Origin: Narcine bancroftii | Taxonomy: Eukaryota | NCBI RefSeq assembly: GCF_036971445.1 | Contig: NC_091478.1 | Span: 95,728,001 to 95,792,000, forward strand | Length of the DNA: 64,000 nucleotides | Reading direction: 5' to 3' | Shown here: one piece after another, positions 1-11,000 of the stretch | How positions within the stretch are numbered: the stretch's first letter is position 1 | Layout: each line of letters opens with the position of its first letter | Notes under the pieces: generated by a model | What the model was told of the DNA's origin: nothing | Database searches by the model: none | Seen by the model: the letters and a program-made list of their open reading frames with translations, nothing else | Translations under genes and position numbers: made by a program

Positions 1-18
1 CAGGTAACTAACTCTCAC

Positions 19-144
19 CTTGAAACGTGCAGGTAGCGATCGCAGCAACTTCACTTTGATCGATAAGCCAATGAGTGTGGCCATGCTACAATGAGGGATG
101 GTGGGAGTGAAGGCCACTGACACACTGTTCTCCTGATCAGCCAC
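19..144 (-). CDS. CIAO2B: CIAO2B coding exon 3 (126 nt)
   Basis: tttgtccag|GTGGCT...TTCAAG|gtgaga; encodes [42 protein letters not shown]. Confidence 0.95.
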
Positions 145-3100
145 CTGGACAAAACAGATGAAGCAAGTCAACACAGTTCACAGAAGCACAGTTCTCAATC
201 CATTCCACTAACCAGACCAATTAGACAACCCAAATAACATTTATCTAAATTGTTTATATTTATTACATGTACTGAATCCAGAGAATATCCCAAGGAGTTT
301 TATTATAATTAGTTAGTAAAATGAGCAAAGGACTGGAATTCAATCCTGAATAATGCAAAGTGATGCAATTCAGGAGGAAGGAGACTATAATATACAATGT
401 CCACATTATGGCATGAGGGGGGCTGGGCGTGATGTGCTCCAAAAAAACAGCTTGTACTAAGAGGTTTTGTAATGTGAGGCTACATCATCTGCATAAATGT
501 CAAGAAATTGTGCTTATTTCACGACCTTTTCTCTCCTCACAGATTCCCCAAATTTTATTCAGCAGTGATCTCATCGAGGTGTACAAAATCATGAGATGTA
601 CAGATCAGGTGAATGCAGCCTATTGCCCAGAGTAAGACACTCAATAACCAGAAGGAGAGATTTAACAGGAACCCAAGGAGTAAACTTTTTTTTAATAAAC
701 ACTGAGGGTGGTGGATGTATGGAGTGGGCTGATGGAGGAGGTGGTTGAAGCAGGTACTATTGTAATATTGAAGAAACATTTGGACAGATGCATGGATAAG
801 ATGGGTTTAGAGGGATATGGGGTCAAACACAGGTAGGTAGGACAAGTGTGGGTGGGCAAGTTGGGCTGAAGTGTCTGTTTCTACGCTGTGCTACTTTATG
901 GCTTTGTCAAGATTTTAGGTGATGTTTTGTGAATTCTGCAAGGGCAAATTTTCATTACCCATCCACTATAATGTCTGGGAATCGCCTGTACATGATGACT
1001 GAATGGGCTCAAGGTAGTACTGGAGGGAACTATGACAATATCACCTTCATTAACTGATATGTAGAATATATGGTAGGGCAGGGACATTATAAACAACACT
1101 GATTAGGCCATAGCGAGAGTACAACCTCCACACAAGGACGTGATTGCACTGGAGAGGGGGCAGGGAAGATACACTTTCTCTGGTGGCTGCACTGTGATGG
1201 AGCAGAGGCATGTGATTGAGGTAACTAGGAAAAAATTTGTACAAATTTCTCACCCTGGCAAACACATCTACAACCAGATGGTATATATTTAAGATAAGGG
1301 GTACAAGGGGATGGGGCAGGCAGAAACTCTCATGACACTAGTCAGGTCACTTGTCTGAATGCTACTAATACCATGTAACCCAGTACTTCCTGTCACATGG
1401 TCAGGTGGTCCCCCGCTATGCTTGCCTGGTGAGGAGGGTGGCTAGACACCCTGCAGGATGAGAAACAAGACCTGTCAAAGGGCAGACGAACCCTCTCGTA
1501 GGGTCAATGGCCATCGAGCAAACATGTGCCCTGAAGCGCGGAAAGGGCATCAATTGCATCGAAGCTTGGTCTTGCCATTCACTGCAACAAATCTTCCCCC
1601 AGCCGCCTTGGACCTCACCGTGCCACTGGATCCGAGAGGATATATCGAGAGGGTGGGTCTGGATCTGTGCAACTCCTACTCGCCTAAATCCCATTCACGC
1701 ACACGCTGTTCCTTTCTGAAGAGTGGGGGATCCACATTCCAATCCCCACAAACTGACTGAAAGGAACCACCATCATCCTATGGGATGGATAGCCTGAAGA
1801 TGATGATTTAGATGAACGCGTGAAATGCCATGGTATAAAATGCCATCGATAAACTGCCATAAAATGGGATTAGAACAGATGGATGTTTACTGGGATGTGC
1901 TAGGCCACAGTTGCCATGCTGTATGACTACAATATAATTTTAACAAAATCTCTGCCATAACAACACACTTACATTAACACGAAGCTGTTCCACCACATTC
2001 AGCTCCTCAAGACTGAGTGGATGTTCTGGGTCATTTATTGATCTGATCAGATGTACAAGTTAAGGAACATTTGACCAAACACGGGGCAAAAAAATAAAAA
2101 TCAATCAGGGATTCAGCCACTTGCTGACTCTCAGGGCAAAGAGAGGGGAGGGTTTGGATTGGAAATGTTATGGGGCAAGCAGTAATTCAAATACAAATCA
2201 TGGGCTGAAGGGCCTGTACTGTGCTCTAACATTCTATTTTCTAAATTATAAATCCACATCTTTATATTACTACTCTTTGCTCCAGAGGGGAGTGGTGAGA
2301 AAGTGTGAAACTTAATATAAAGCGAACAAACAAGGGTTAAGGAATAAAATAAGGCCCCCTGCTGGCAATCTGCCTCCCAGCAAGGGGTCCTGTGAACTTT
2401 CAACCTGGACCCCCTTCTCTGAGGGAAACTTTTGAATAGGGCATACTTTTTTTTGGGAGGGGGCTTTATCCTGAACTCCTGTCTCTGGTAGGGGAGGGAA
2501 CCTTTCATTCAGATCCACCCTCCCAGATGGGGGACGTGTCACACACTCACTTTATCTGAGGAATCTTTCACTGCAATTCTGACCCCTCTTGCGAGGCAGG
2601 GGTGGGGGTGGTGTGTGAACCTAGACCCAGGACCCTCTCCCGGGGAGGGGGGGGGGGAAGAACCTTTGACCCAGGACCCCTCTCCTGAGGGAAACCTTTG
2701 ATCCAGGTCCCCTCTTCCTTGTGGGAAACCTGACTCAGGACGCCTCTCCCTTGGGGGAATCTTTGATCCAGGACCCCTTTCCCTAGGGAAACCTTTGATC
2801 TGGGTCCAAAACCTTTGATCCAGGACCCCTTTCCCTAGGGAAACCTTTGATCCGGGTCCACTCTCCCTTGGGGGAACCTTTGACAGGACCCCTCTCCTGG
2901 GGGAACCTTTGACAGGACCCCTTTCCTGGGGGAACCTTTGACCCAGGACCCCTCTTCCTCGGGGGGGGACCTTTGACCCAGGGGAACCTTTGGCCCAGGA
3001 CCTCTCCTCCCGGGTGGGGAAACCTATGACCCGCTCTCATTTTTACTGGGGTCCATTTACGCCGCCGGCCTCGGGCGCCGGATATCGAAGATCTCCCTGT

Positions 3101-3212
3101 CGTCGATGGCGTCGGCCTCCTGCTCGTCCAGCTCCCGCGCGGTGAGCGGCCGCTCCGAGCTCCGCCCGAAGATCAGCGGGTTCGCGTTTTCCAAACGCTG
3201 CCCACCCGCCAT
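19..3212 (-). CDS. CIAO2B: Cytosolic iron-sulfur assembly component 2B (FAM96B/MIP18); coding exons 1-3, 3' part outside the window
   Basis: Join of 3212-3086, 2052-1973 and 144-19 gives [111 protein letters not shown]. The ENANP, DPEHP and [16 protein letters not shown] motifs are FAM96B hallmarks. RRAD and CDH16 are also its neighbours in mammals. Confidence 0.96.
525..895 (+). mobile_element. CR1-type LINE 3' fragment
   Basis: [14 protein letters not shown] motif followed by the typical 3' UTR ending GGGCTGAAG...TGTGCT. Many similar fragments occur in the window. Confidence 0.75.
1973..2052 (-). CDS. CIAO2B: CIAO2B coding exon 2 (80 nt)
   Basis: Preceded by TTCCTTAACttgtAC|; encodes (D)[26 protein letters not shown]; followed by |GTAAGT. 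Confidence 0.95.
2053..3085 (-). other. U12-type (minor spliceosome) AT-AC intron, CIAO2B intron 1
   Basis: 5' end ATATCCGG; perfect U12 branch site TTCCTTAAC (2067-2059) close to the AC acceptor; no polypyrimidine tract; splicing restores the frame (F-D-L). Confidence 0.92.
2618..3035. repeat. GC-rich minisatellite, ~29-34 bp unit (GGGAAACCTTTGAYCCAGGACCCCTCTCCT), ~14 copies, with degenerate copies extending to ~2390
   Basis: Units read directly from the sequence, e.g. at 2661, 2693, 2758, 2809, 2875, 2904, 2933. Confidence 0.9.
3086..3212 (-). CDS. CIAO2B: CIAO2B coding exon 1 (127 nt)
   Basis: ATG at 3212 in gcagcATGG; 42 codons + 1 nt; ends TTCG|ATATCC (U12-type donor). Confidence 0.93.
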
Positions 3213-3370
3213 GCTGCTACCACTTCTTCTTCCGGGTCAGAGGACGCGCGCTCCCATTGGCCACAGACAGTGGGCGGGCGGTAGCTGCGTGCCTGTCAAT
3301 CACGCCGGAGTGCTTGTGCGAGGAACCATTGGGTGGGTTTGCCCACAGGTGGGGCTTCGAGCACCCACCG
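3213..3370 (-). promoter_or_regulatory. CIAO2B CpG-island, TATA-less promoter
   Basis: CpG-rich ~3050-3370; ETS CCGGAAG (3235-3229), CCAAT boxes (ATTGG 3256-3260, 3328-3332), GC box 3272-3277, PBX/PKNOX decamer TGATTGACAG (3302-3293). Confidence 0.7.
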
Positions 3371-3844
3371 TTGGGGTCTCATTAAACATCCACAGATGGA
3401 TCTGCACTGAGCTCACCCATGGGTGGCACCTCACTGAGCTCACCTAAGGGTGGGTCTACATCAGGGTCTCTCTTTGCTCTCAGCTGCCTTGAGACACCAG
3501 CCCTGCTGGTGAAGGTGGTACATGGTGCTGTTGGGCAAGAAAATGAGGGGTTAAACCCATGACAATGAAGGGACGGTTGATATATTACTTGCAGGGATCC
3601 TGTACCACACGCACCAGCTGCCATTCTCCTTTCTCGCTTCAGTTTGGGAGGTGCTGTTGGATGGCCTGGAAGAGTGCATTTGGTAGGCAGTTCCCACTGC
3701 ACTCTGCCCCAGTGGTGGAGGGAGGAGTGAAGAGGGTGGTGGATTGGATGTCAGTCCGATAGACTGCCTTCTCCTGGGTGGTGTGTGTTGCATCTTGCAC
3801 TTTTAGACAATGTTACACTGCACTCTTGTTTCATAATTCGAACA

Positions 3845-4690
3845 TAGTACAGTACAGCACAGGAATGAGCCCTTTGGCCCACATATTTGAGCAGGTTATG
3901 ATGCTAAATCAAACTGTTTCAATTTGATAGATCTCCTTCTTTCCCTTTCGTATTCACCTGCCCATCATGACTATTGCATCTGCTTCAATCACTACCCCTG
4001 GCAGCCCATTCTCGACATCCACCACTCCCTGCAAAATCTTTACCCTGCACATTCCCCTCAAAGTTCCTCCCCCTCACCTTTAGTGTGACACTTTTGCCCT
4101 GAAACTGACTGTCTGCTCTATCTATGCCTCTCACATATTTTATACACCTATATTAGGTTTCCCTCGAATCCTATGTATCTGCACCTTCTCTATCAGCCTA
4201 CCATGAGGGACTTTGTCACACAGCTTACTAAAGTCAATGTAGACATCATCCTCTGCTCAACCCTCATCAACTACCTTTGTCACCTATTCAAAAAACTCAA
4301 TCAAATTGGTATAATATGACCTGCCCCTCACAAAACCACATTGACCATCCCTAATCTGACCATGTCTTGACAAATATGCATAAATCCTATCCCTCACTAT
4401 CCTTTCCAGTAGTTTCCTCACCACTGATGTGAGGGTTACTGGTTTATAATTTCCTGGATTATCCTTTTTCCCTTCTTGAGCAAAGGTACAACATTAGCCA
4501 CTCTCCTGCTCTCTGGGACCTCTCCTGTCAACTGTGCAGATGCAAAGATCTTTGTCAAGACCCCAGCAATCCCTTCACTTGCCTATTTCAGTAACCGGGG
4601 ATGTATCCCATCAGACTTGGGGGACTTGTCCCTTTAATGCTTCTCAAAATACTCAACACCACTTCTCAAAATGCTCTAACTCATGAGTAT
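3845..4690 (-). mobile_element. Decayed CR1-type LINE (RT region and 3' end)
   Basis: Minus strand shows decayed RT blocks (around YIDFSKA and GNYKPV) plus the reversed acagcacaggaa..gccctttggccc tail. Confidence 0.65.
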
Positions 4691-5246
4691 TTTCCACATC
4701 TTGAACCTCCCTTTGTCCACTAATCACAGCCTGCACAAAAGGACTATTTGCTCTATTGCAAGTCACTTGTTTTGGACAAGGATTACTGTGAATATGTATT
4801 ACCCATATTAAGTGTTGATTGTTTCTTTTCATTGAATTAGTTTATTAGTTTACTTTTATAGTTTTTCTTTACAAGTACCTGTTTGGCTGCAGCAAGTAAG
4901 AATTTTAGTGCATTGTTCAACGTATATGATCACTGCCTTGTAGTCTTTCTGGGTCCTCTCTCTCTCTCTCTCCACCCCCCGCCCCCCCCCACCCCCTTGC
5001 TTTATTGCTAATGGTTTCTCGATTGGAAAGCAGGATTTCTATTTGGAACATTTACTCTTTTTCTCTCTTCATAATGCTGCTTGACCAATTGTGTATTCAC
5101 AGCACTTACTATTTTATTGTAAATTTCAGGTGCCTTGCAATAAACCTGATTTATGTTTCCTTATGTATAAGTAAAACAATGTGTGTGTGTCTGATAATAC
5201 GTGTGACCTGGTTTTGGAAGTTGTTCTGTTCTTGGTCCAGCTCCCA

Positions 5247-5325
5247 TCACAAGGTGGCGCTGCGCTACAACTTTTCAGGAGCGTGGAGCGAGTGGCAGTG
5301 GTGACCCTGTTCCACTAAGGGACGC
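5247..5325 (+). promoter_or_regulatory. Two same-orientation CTCF-like motifs
   Basis: TCACAAGGTGGCGC (5247-5260) and CCACTAAGGGACGC (5312-5325) against the CCASYAGRKGGCRS consensus; CpGs locally retained. Confidence 0.45.
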
Positions 5326-5361
5326 TGTTTGCCCCTTTAAGCCAATTGAATGAAAACCTGA

Positions 5362-5560
5362 TTTGAGAAAGGGGATGGTCTGGGAAGAGGGTGGGACCTG
5401 AGAAACGGGAGGGTCTGAGAAAAGGGCGGGACCTGAGAAAAGGGTGGTTTAAGAAGAGGGTGGAGCCTGAGAAATGGGAGGGTCTTCTAAAGAGAATCTG
5501 TGGAAAAAGGTCTAAAAAGGGAGGGTCTAAGAAAGGGAAGAATTCAGAAAGGGGAGTCAG
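5362..5560. repeat. Purine-rich ~18 bp degenerate tandem repeat (CTGAGAAARGGSCGGGWC)
   Basis: Units ctgagaaacgggagggt / ctgagaaaagggcgggac / ctgagaaaagggtggt read directly. Confidence 0.7.
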
Positions 5561-8500
5561 AGGAAGTGGTCAACGGGCACCACAAAGCCCCCAATCCTTC
5601 CTTTGTTCACACCGCCCAGAGGATTGGACAGATCTGAGTCAGGGAAACCCATTCTCACATTTGGCTAACCAAGCACCTGGAGGTAAAATGGGGAGGGTGG
5701 TGCAGATGAGAGAGAGGCACCCTGATCAGCCCAGACTCTTGGGGTTTGCTTAGGATCAATGAAGACCAAAGTCTGGGTGGGTCACTACAGTGCCATTAGA
5801 GAGAGTATCTTCAGTATGAGACTAAAATCCAAGGCACCGTCTTCCCTCTCATGGAGATACACAGGTATTCTTTTGTCATCAGCTTTTCAACTGTAGTCTC
5901 TCCCACCACAGGTAGATCCTTAGTTCTATCCACCCTCCCTACCCTCTCCACAACTGAAAACTAAGTTGTTTCCTCTGTCTCCAACTTCTGATGAAGAGTC
6001 TCTGACCTGAATATAAACTCAGTTTCTTTCTCTGGACAGATGCCAAGAGATGTTTCCAGCATTTTCTATTTTAATCTCAGATTTGCAGCAACTGCTGTTT
6101 TATTCAGAAGGAAAGTTATTTTTGGTATTCTGGACAAAAAGCACTCTCAATCAATCCAAAAATCAACTCTTTTCTTTATCAAAGCTTGATACCACACCAC
6201 ACTCAAATGTCACCCCTCCCTTCATTCTTTACTCTCCTTGCATGCATGGAGCTTCAGAACATAAATCATAGAGCATGGAACTGTGCATGGAGTTCCATGC
6301 AGGAGCACCTCGATTGTGAACTGACAACTGAGCTCATCCTGAGTTGCACCAAGTTCTGTCAAATCATCATGAGTCATTGGGAATGAGGTGGTGCAGTGGT
6401 TAAGTCACTGGGTTGGTAGCCAGCATTGTGGACCACTGATCCACAACTTTCAACCTTCCCATCTGGCCATGGGAGATCCCCTGGGATTAGCAATGGATTT
6501 ATTTCAGGCCAGTGGCTGTGGGGCAGGGGAAGGAATCGGAATCTCTGAAGCTGAGTTTAGTTCTCACGCACATGAACTGTGTTCTGGGCTATTGCTGTTG
6601 GGATTCTTTCTGAGACTCCCAACATTCCAAATCTTGGACTTCACCTTGTGGATGATTAATGTGGCCTGGCCGTTTCACCCCAGGATCCACATGGACTTCA
6701 CACTGCTGCTGAGAACCAAAGCGTTCCAGATGCTGGAAATCTGAAATAAACATAGAAAATTATGGAATGCTCAGCAGGTCAGGCAAGCATCCATGGAGAG
6801 AGAGAGAGAAAACAATGTTTGAGAACTAAGATTCTTCATCATAACCGACAGAGAGACAAGGTAGTTTTAGACGGAAAAAAGGTTGGTGGAACAAAGGGAA
6901 TATCTCTGATAAGGCAAGACCACACTGGGATCTTGCTGATATTGAAGGAGAGGTTGTTGTCCATGCATTGTGCCACCAGTCCCTCTATCTTCTATACTCC
7001 GCTTCCTCCCTGTTAGAGATCCTACCTACAATGGTGATGTCATCTGTGAATTTACAGTTGGAGTAGGAGTGGCTTTGGCCATGTAGTCGGATACAGTGGT
7101 GGTGGGCCTTATGGTGCCCTGGTGGATGGTGGAGGAGATGTTGTCACCAATCCTCACTGATTGGGTCCAGTTGCAGAGCATGGAGCTGAGGCCAAGGTCA
7201 CAGAGTTTGGGGGATGAATTTATTTGACTCCTTGTATCCACAAAATCCTCATAATGGAAAGAGGTCATCACATCTACTGCAGTCATCCAAGGGTTAATAT
7301 GGAGGGAGCAGGAAACCATGCCCACTGTAACCCTATATAACATCATTCACTGTGTAAAAATACCAGCAATGTGTAACGTAACAAAACATGATACCAAAGT
7401 CAATTGCGCAACACATGGAGGAATATTCATTGTCTACTTATATCTGGGCTAAATAAAAAGTGCTGTCGGTGCAGAGATTGATTTCAGCTCCTTACGCAGT
7501 CATCAAGAGGAGAACTGACCCACTCACACATTCAATATTGCAAAGTCACTCAGTCATGAGCGTTAGGTTCACATCTAAACAGATGATTCACCTCTAATCC
7601 AGACCATCTGCTTACTGAGTGAATGAGGGATTTTTTCAGTTTGCACTTCAGTACTGCTGCAAAATATTGAATTTTGTGACTTGTTCATGTCAATAAATTC
7701 TGATTATGAAACCAGTCAAAATGGACAGTTGACAGGTTGTCAAGGCTCTGCTGTGTTCTGATTGCTAATAAAAGGTTGGATGTCGAGGGAATTTGGGGTC
7801 TGAGGGAGGTTGGGGTCATTGAGGGCATTTGAGAGTTTATTGTCATATCTGTAAGTACAATGCACAGATGCATTGAAATTTTCACTTGCTGCAGCCATAA
7901 GTGAGATACACCGACTACAACAGTACACCTTATATTACCACAATATTCCATGATATAGGTGCCCTGGGGAGTGTTCTCCTCAAGACCCTGCCCAATAAAT
8001 GCCTCAAGCCCTAACCATCTCAAAGCACAGTAATTGGTCACAATCTCATTGTTCCTCATGGAAGAAGACCATCAGCAAAGGCTTACAAACAGAATTAGGC
8101 CATTCAGCCCATCAAGTCTGCTTTGCCAATCAAATCATAGCTGATGTATTTTTCTTCTCAATCCCATTCTCCTGCCTGCCTTCTCCCCATAACTTTGATG
8201 CCCACACTAACGAAGAACCCATCAAATTCTGCTTTAAATCTACCTAGTGACTTGGCCTCCACAGCCATCTGTGGCAACAAATTCCAAAGTTCACCATCCT
8301 CTGGTTGAAGAAATTTCTGTTCCAAAGGGATGTTCTTTTATTCTGAGACTGTGCCCTCCGGTCCTCAACACTATTGGAAACATCTTCTCCACGTCCGCTC
8401 TATCTAGTCCTTTCAATATTTAGAATGTTTCAATGAGATCCCTGCTCATCCTTCTCTAAACTCCAGAGAGCACACTCCCAGAGCCATCACTTACATTCAC

Positions 8501-8849
8501 TATAATGCCCGTAGTGCTGTACCACACAGAGGCTGTCTTGCCTGGATAACACGCTGAGTGAAGCTTTTCACTGTGTTTTGATCCACATGACAAGTAAACA
8601 ATTCATCATGAGCACCTCCAAGGAAACAGAGGTGGTAGGTTGTGGGTGAGAAGTATTCTAAGTGAGAGGAAGAGGGGTGGGGTGCCAGGTGCTGGAAGTG
8701 ACTTTCTATCAAACTCCGGGCTGGATGGAACATTACACTCCTTCACAGCAGAGAGGCTGTAACCCAGTACCAGCTGTGTTTGGCAGCTGTTCTTGGATAA
8801 GCCTCAGCCTCTGCTGCATGTCACCTTTCACCTCCTTCCCAGCACTGAC

Positions 8850-10190
8850 ATGACAGACAGCAACAGCCAACTATGGAAGTTGCCCAGGATAGCGTGTAGC
8901 CTCCTGGGTACGCGGGTCCAGATATCTCTGATTGGGCGCAAAATATTCTTAAAGGGAAGGGTGAGAAGCTAGAGGTCTTGGTACCAATGACATAAGCAGG
9001 AGTGGAGTAGAGGTCCTACAATAAGTTTAGAGAGTTAGGAAAGAGGCTGAAGAGCAGGATTCTCTGGATTACTTCTGGTGCCACAAGCTAGGGAAGATCA
9101 GGACAGGAAGATATTGCAGAGATCTGAGTGGCTGAAGAGATGATGCAAGTTCTTGGACCATTGAAATCTTTTCTGGAGAAAAGAATTACCCATATAAATG
9201 GGGCAGGTTGCAACAGAACTGGAGGGGAACCAATCTCTTGGCAAGGAAGCTTTTTGGGGTGGGGGAGGGGGTTTAAAGATTTTGGATTTAAATGCACACA
9301 GCACAAAATAGTGCATGACATTGCTACAAATTAGCTAAAGGATAGATGTGATTGGAATCTCAATGTCCAAGGATACACAGTGGTGGGGGCGGGGGGCGGG
9401 CTGGTGTGTCTCTGTTGATATGGAATAACATTAAATCATTTGAAAGAGGTGATGTAGGATCAGAAGATATAGAATAATTGTGGGTTGAGTTAAGAAATGC
9501 CAAGGGTGTAAGGGCACTGTTGGCAGCTATACGGAGACTTTCAAAGAGTAGCTGGGATGTGGACAACAAATTATGACAGCAAGTAGGAAAGGCGTGTCAG
9601 AAGGGCAATTGTATGGTAATCATAGGGGATTTTATGTAAGTCGGTTAGAAAAACAGGTTGGGATTGGATCTCAAGAGAGAGAATTTGTAGAAAGCTTATG
9701 AGATGGCTTTTTAGAGCATCTTGTTGTTGAACCCAGTAGAGTATCTGCTGCATTGGATTGGGTGTTATGTAATGCACCAAAGGTGATTAGAGCTTGGAGT
9801 AAAGCAACCATTAGGGGGCAGTGAGATCATTTTGAAATTTATCAAGGAGAAACTAAAATCAGATGTGTTGGTCGTTCAGTGGAGTAAGGGGATGACTGAG
9901 GAACTGGTCAAAGTAGATTGGAAGGGGGGACTAGTAGGGAAGACAGCAGAGCAGCAATGGATGGAGTTTTTGCAAAAAATGAAGAATGTGCAGGATAAAT
10001 ACAGACCAAAAAAGAACAATGTTCGAATGGAATGGAAAAATGTCACAACTATGGCTGACAAAGGAAGTCAGAACCAACATAAAAGCAAAAGAGAGGGCAT
10101 ACAAGAAAGCCAAAATTAGTGGGAAGATCTAGGACTGGGAAGTTGATGAAAAACTTGCAAAATGTAACTAAAAACTCATAAGGAGGGAAA
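8850..10190 (+). mobile_element. Decayed CR1-type LINE (ORF1 esterase remnant and APE endonuclease region)
   Basis: ..LLGTRVQ..GTNDI ORF1-like remnant, then GGGVAL-like, LWVELRN, IIGDF and LDWVLCN APE-like blocks with stops and frameshifts. Confidence 0.65.
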
Positions 10191-10460
10191 AGATTTTCTG
10201 TTGGGAAACATCATGGACATAAGGATTTCGATGAAGCTGTCCCAATTTCAAATTCAAATTGTGTTGATTGCTTTGGTGGTGGCCAGGAAGTGCATAGCAG
10301 TTACTTGGAAGTCGGACTCTCATCTAGGCATTGCTCGCTGGAATGTGGAAATACAGAGCTGCATTCCCCTGGAGAAAGTTACGTATAATATAAGGAAAAA
10401 AATTTGAAACTTTTCTTAAAATCTGGCAATCATTCCTGCGTTACATAGATGCAAGGATAT
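10190..10460 (+). mobile_element. L1/Tx1 ORF2 C-terminal fragment
   Basis: ALVVARKCIAVTWKSD, closely similar to 13860-13915. Confidence 0.7.
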
Positions 10461-10554
10461 AGTGTGGTCCCCTGTGCTTCTCTTTGTGCCCCCCCCCCCC
10501 CCCATTGTCCTTCCTCTCCCAGGGGAAGGGCAAAGGGGACTGTTCCAATTGGAC

Positions 10555-11000
10555 TGCAGAGATCAATGTAAGAGATCTAGAGGTCAGGTGTTGAGCTCTG
10601 ACAGACCCAGATCCAAAGTGCCCTGAGAGTCCTCATGCAGGATAGCCTGAAGGTAAACTTGCAGATTGAGTCAATGGTGAAGAAGGAAAACGCCGGCATT
10701 TATTTCAAGAGGAATAGAGTTTTAGACCAGGGATGTGATGTTGAGACCTCACTTGGAGAATTGTGAGCAGTTTTTGGTTGATCATTTAAGAAAGGATCTG
10801 CTGATGTTGGAGAGGGTTCAGAGGAGGTTCACAAGGATGATTCTGGGAATGAAAGGGTTATGATATGAGAGCATTTGAAAGCTCTTGGCCTGTACTCATT
10901 GGAATTTAGGAGAATGAAGGTGGAATTTCATTGAAACATTCTGAATGTTGAAAGGCATGGATAGAGTAGATGTAGAAAGGTTGTTCCCTATGGTGGGTTA
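10555..11000 (+). mobile_element. CR1-type LINE 3' ORF2 fragment
   Basis: PHLENCEQFL..LERVQRRFTRMI..LYSLEFRRM motifs. Confidence 0.75.

Noticed and set aside
2618-3035. CRISPR-like appearance of the ~30-bp repeats (also the 14-bp array at 53590-54270)
   Set aside because: No unique spacers, no cas genes, vertebrate intronic context; these are minisatellites.
3106-3447. 113-aa + strand ORF
   Set aside because: Antisense shadow of CIAO2B exon 1 and its promoter; no recognisable domain.
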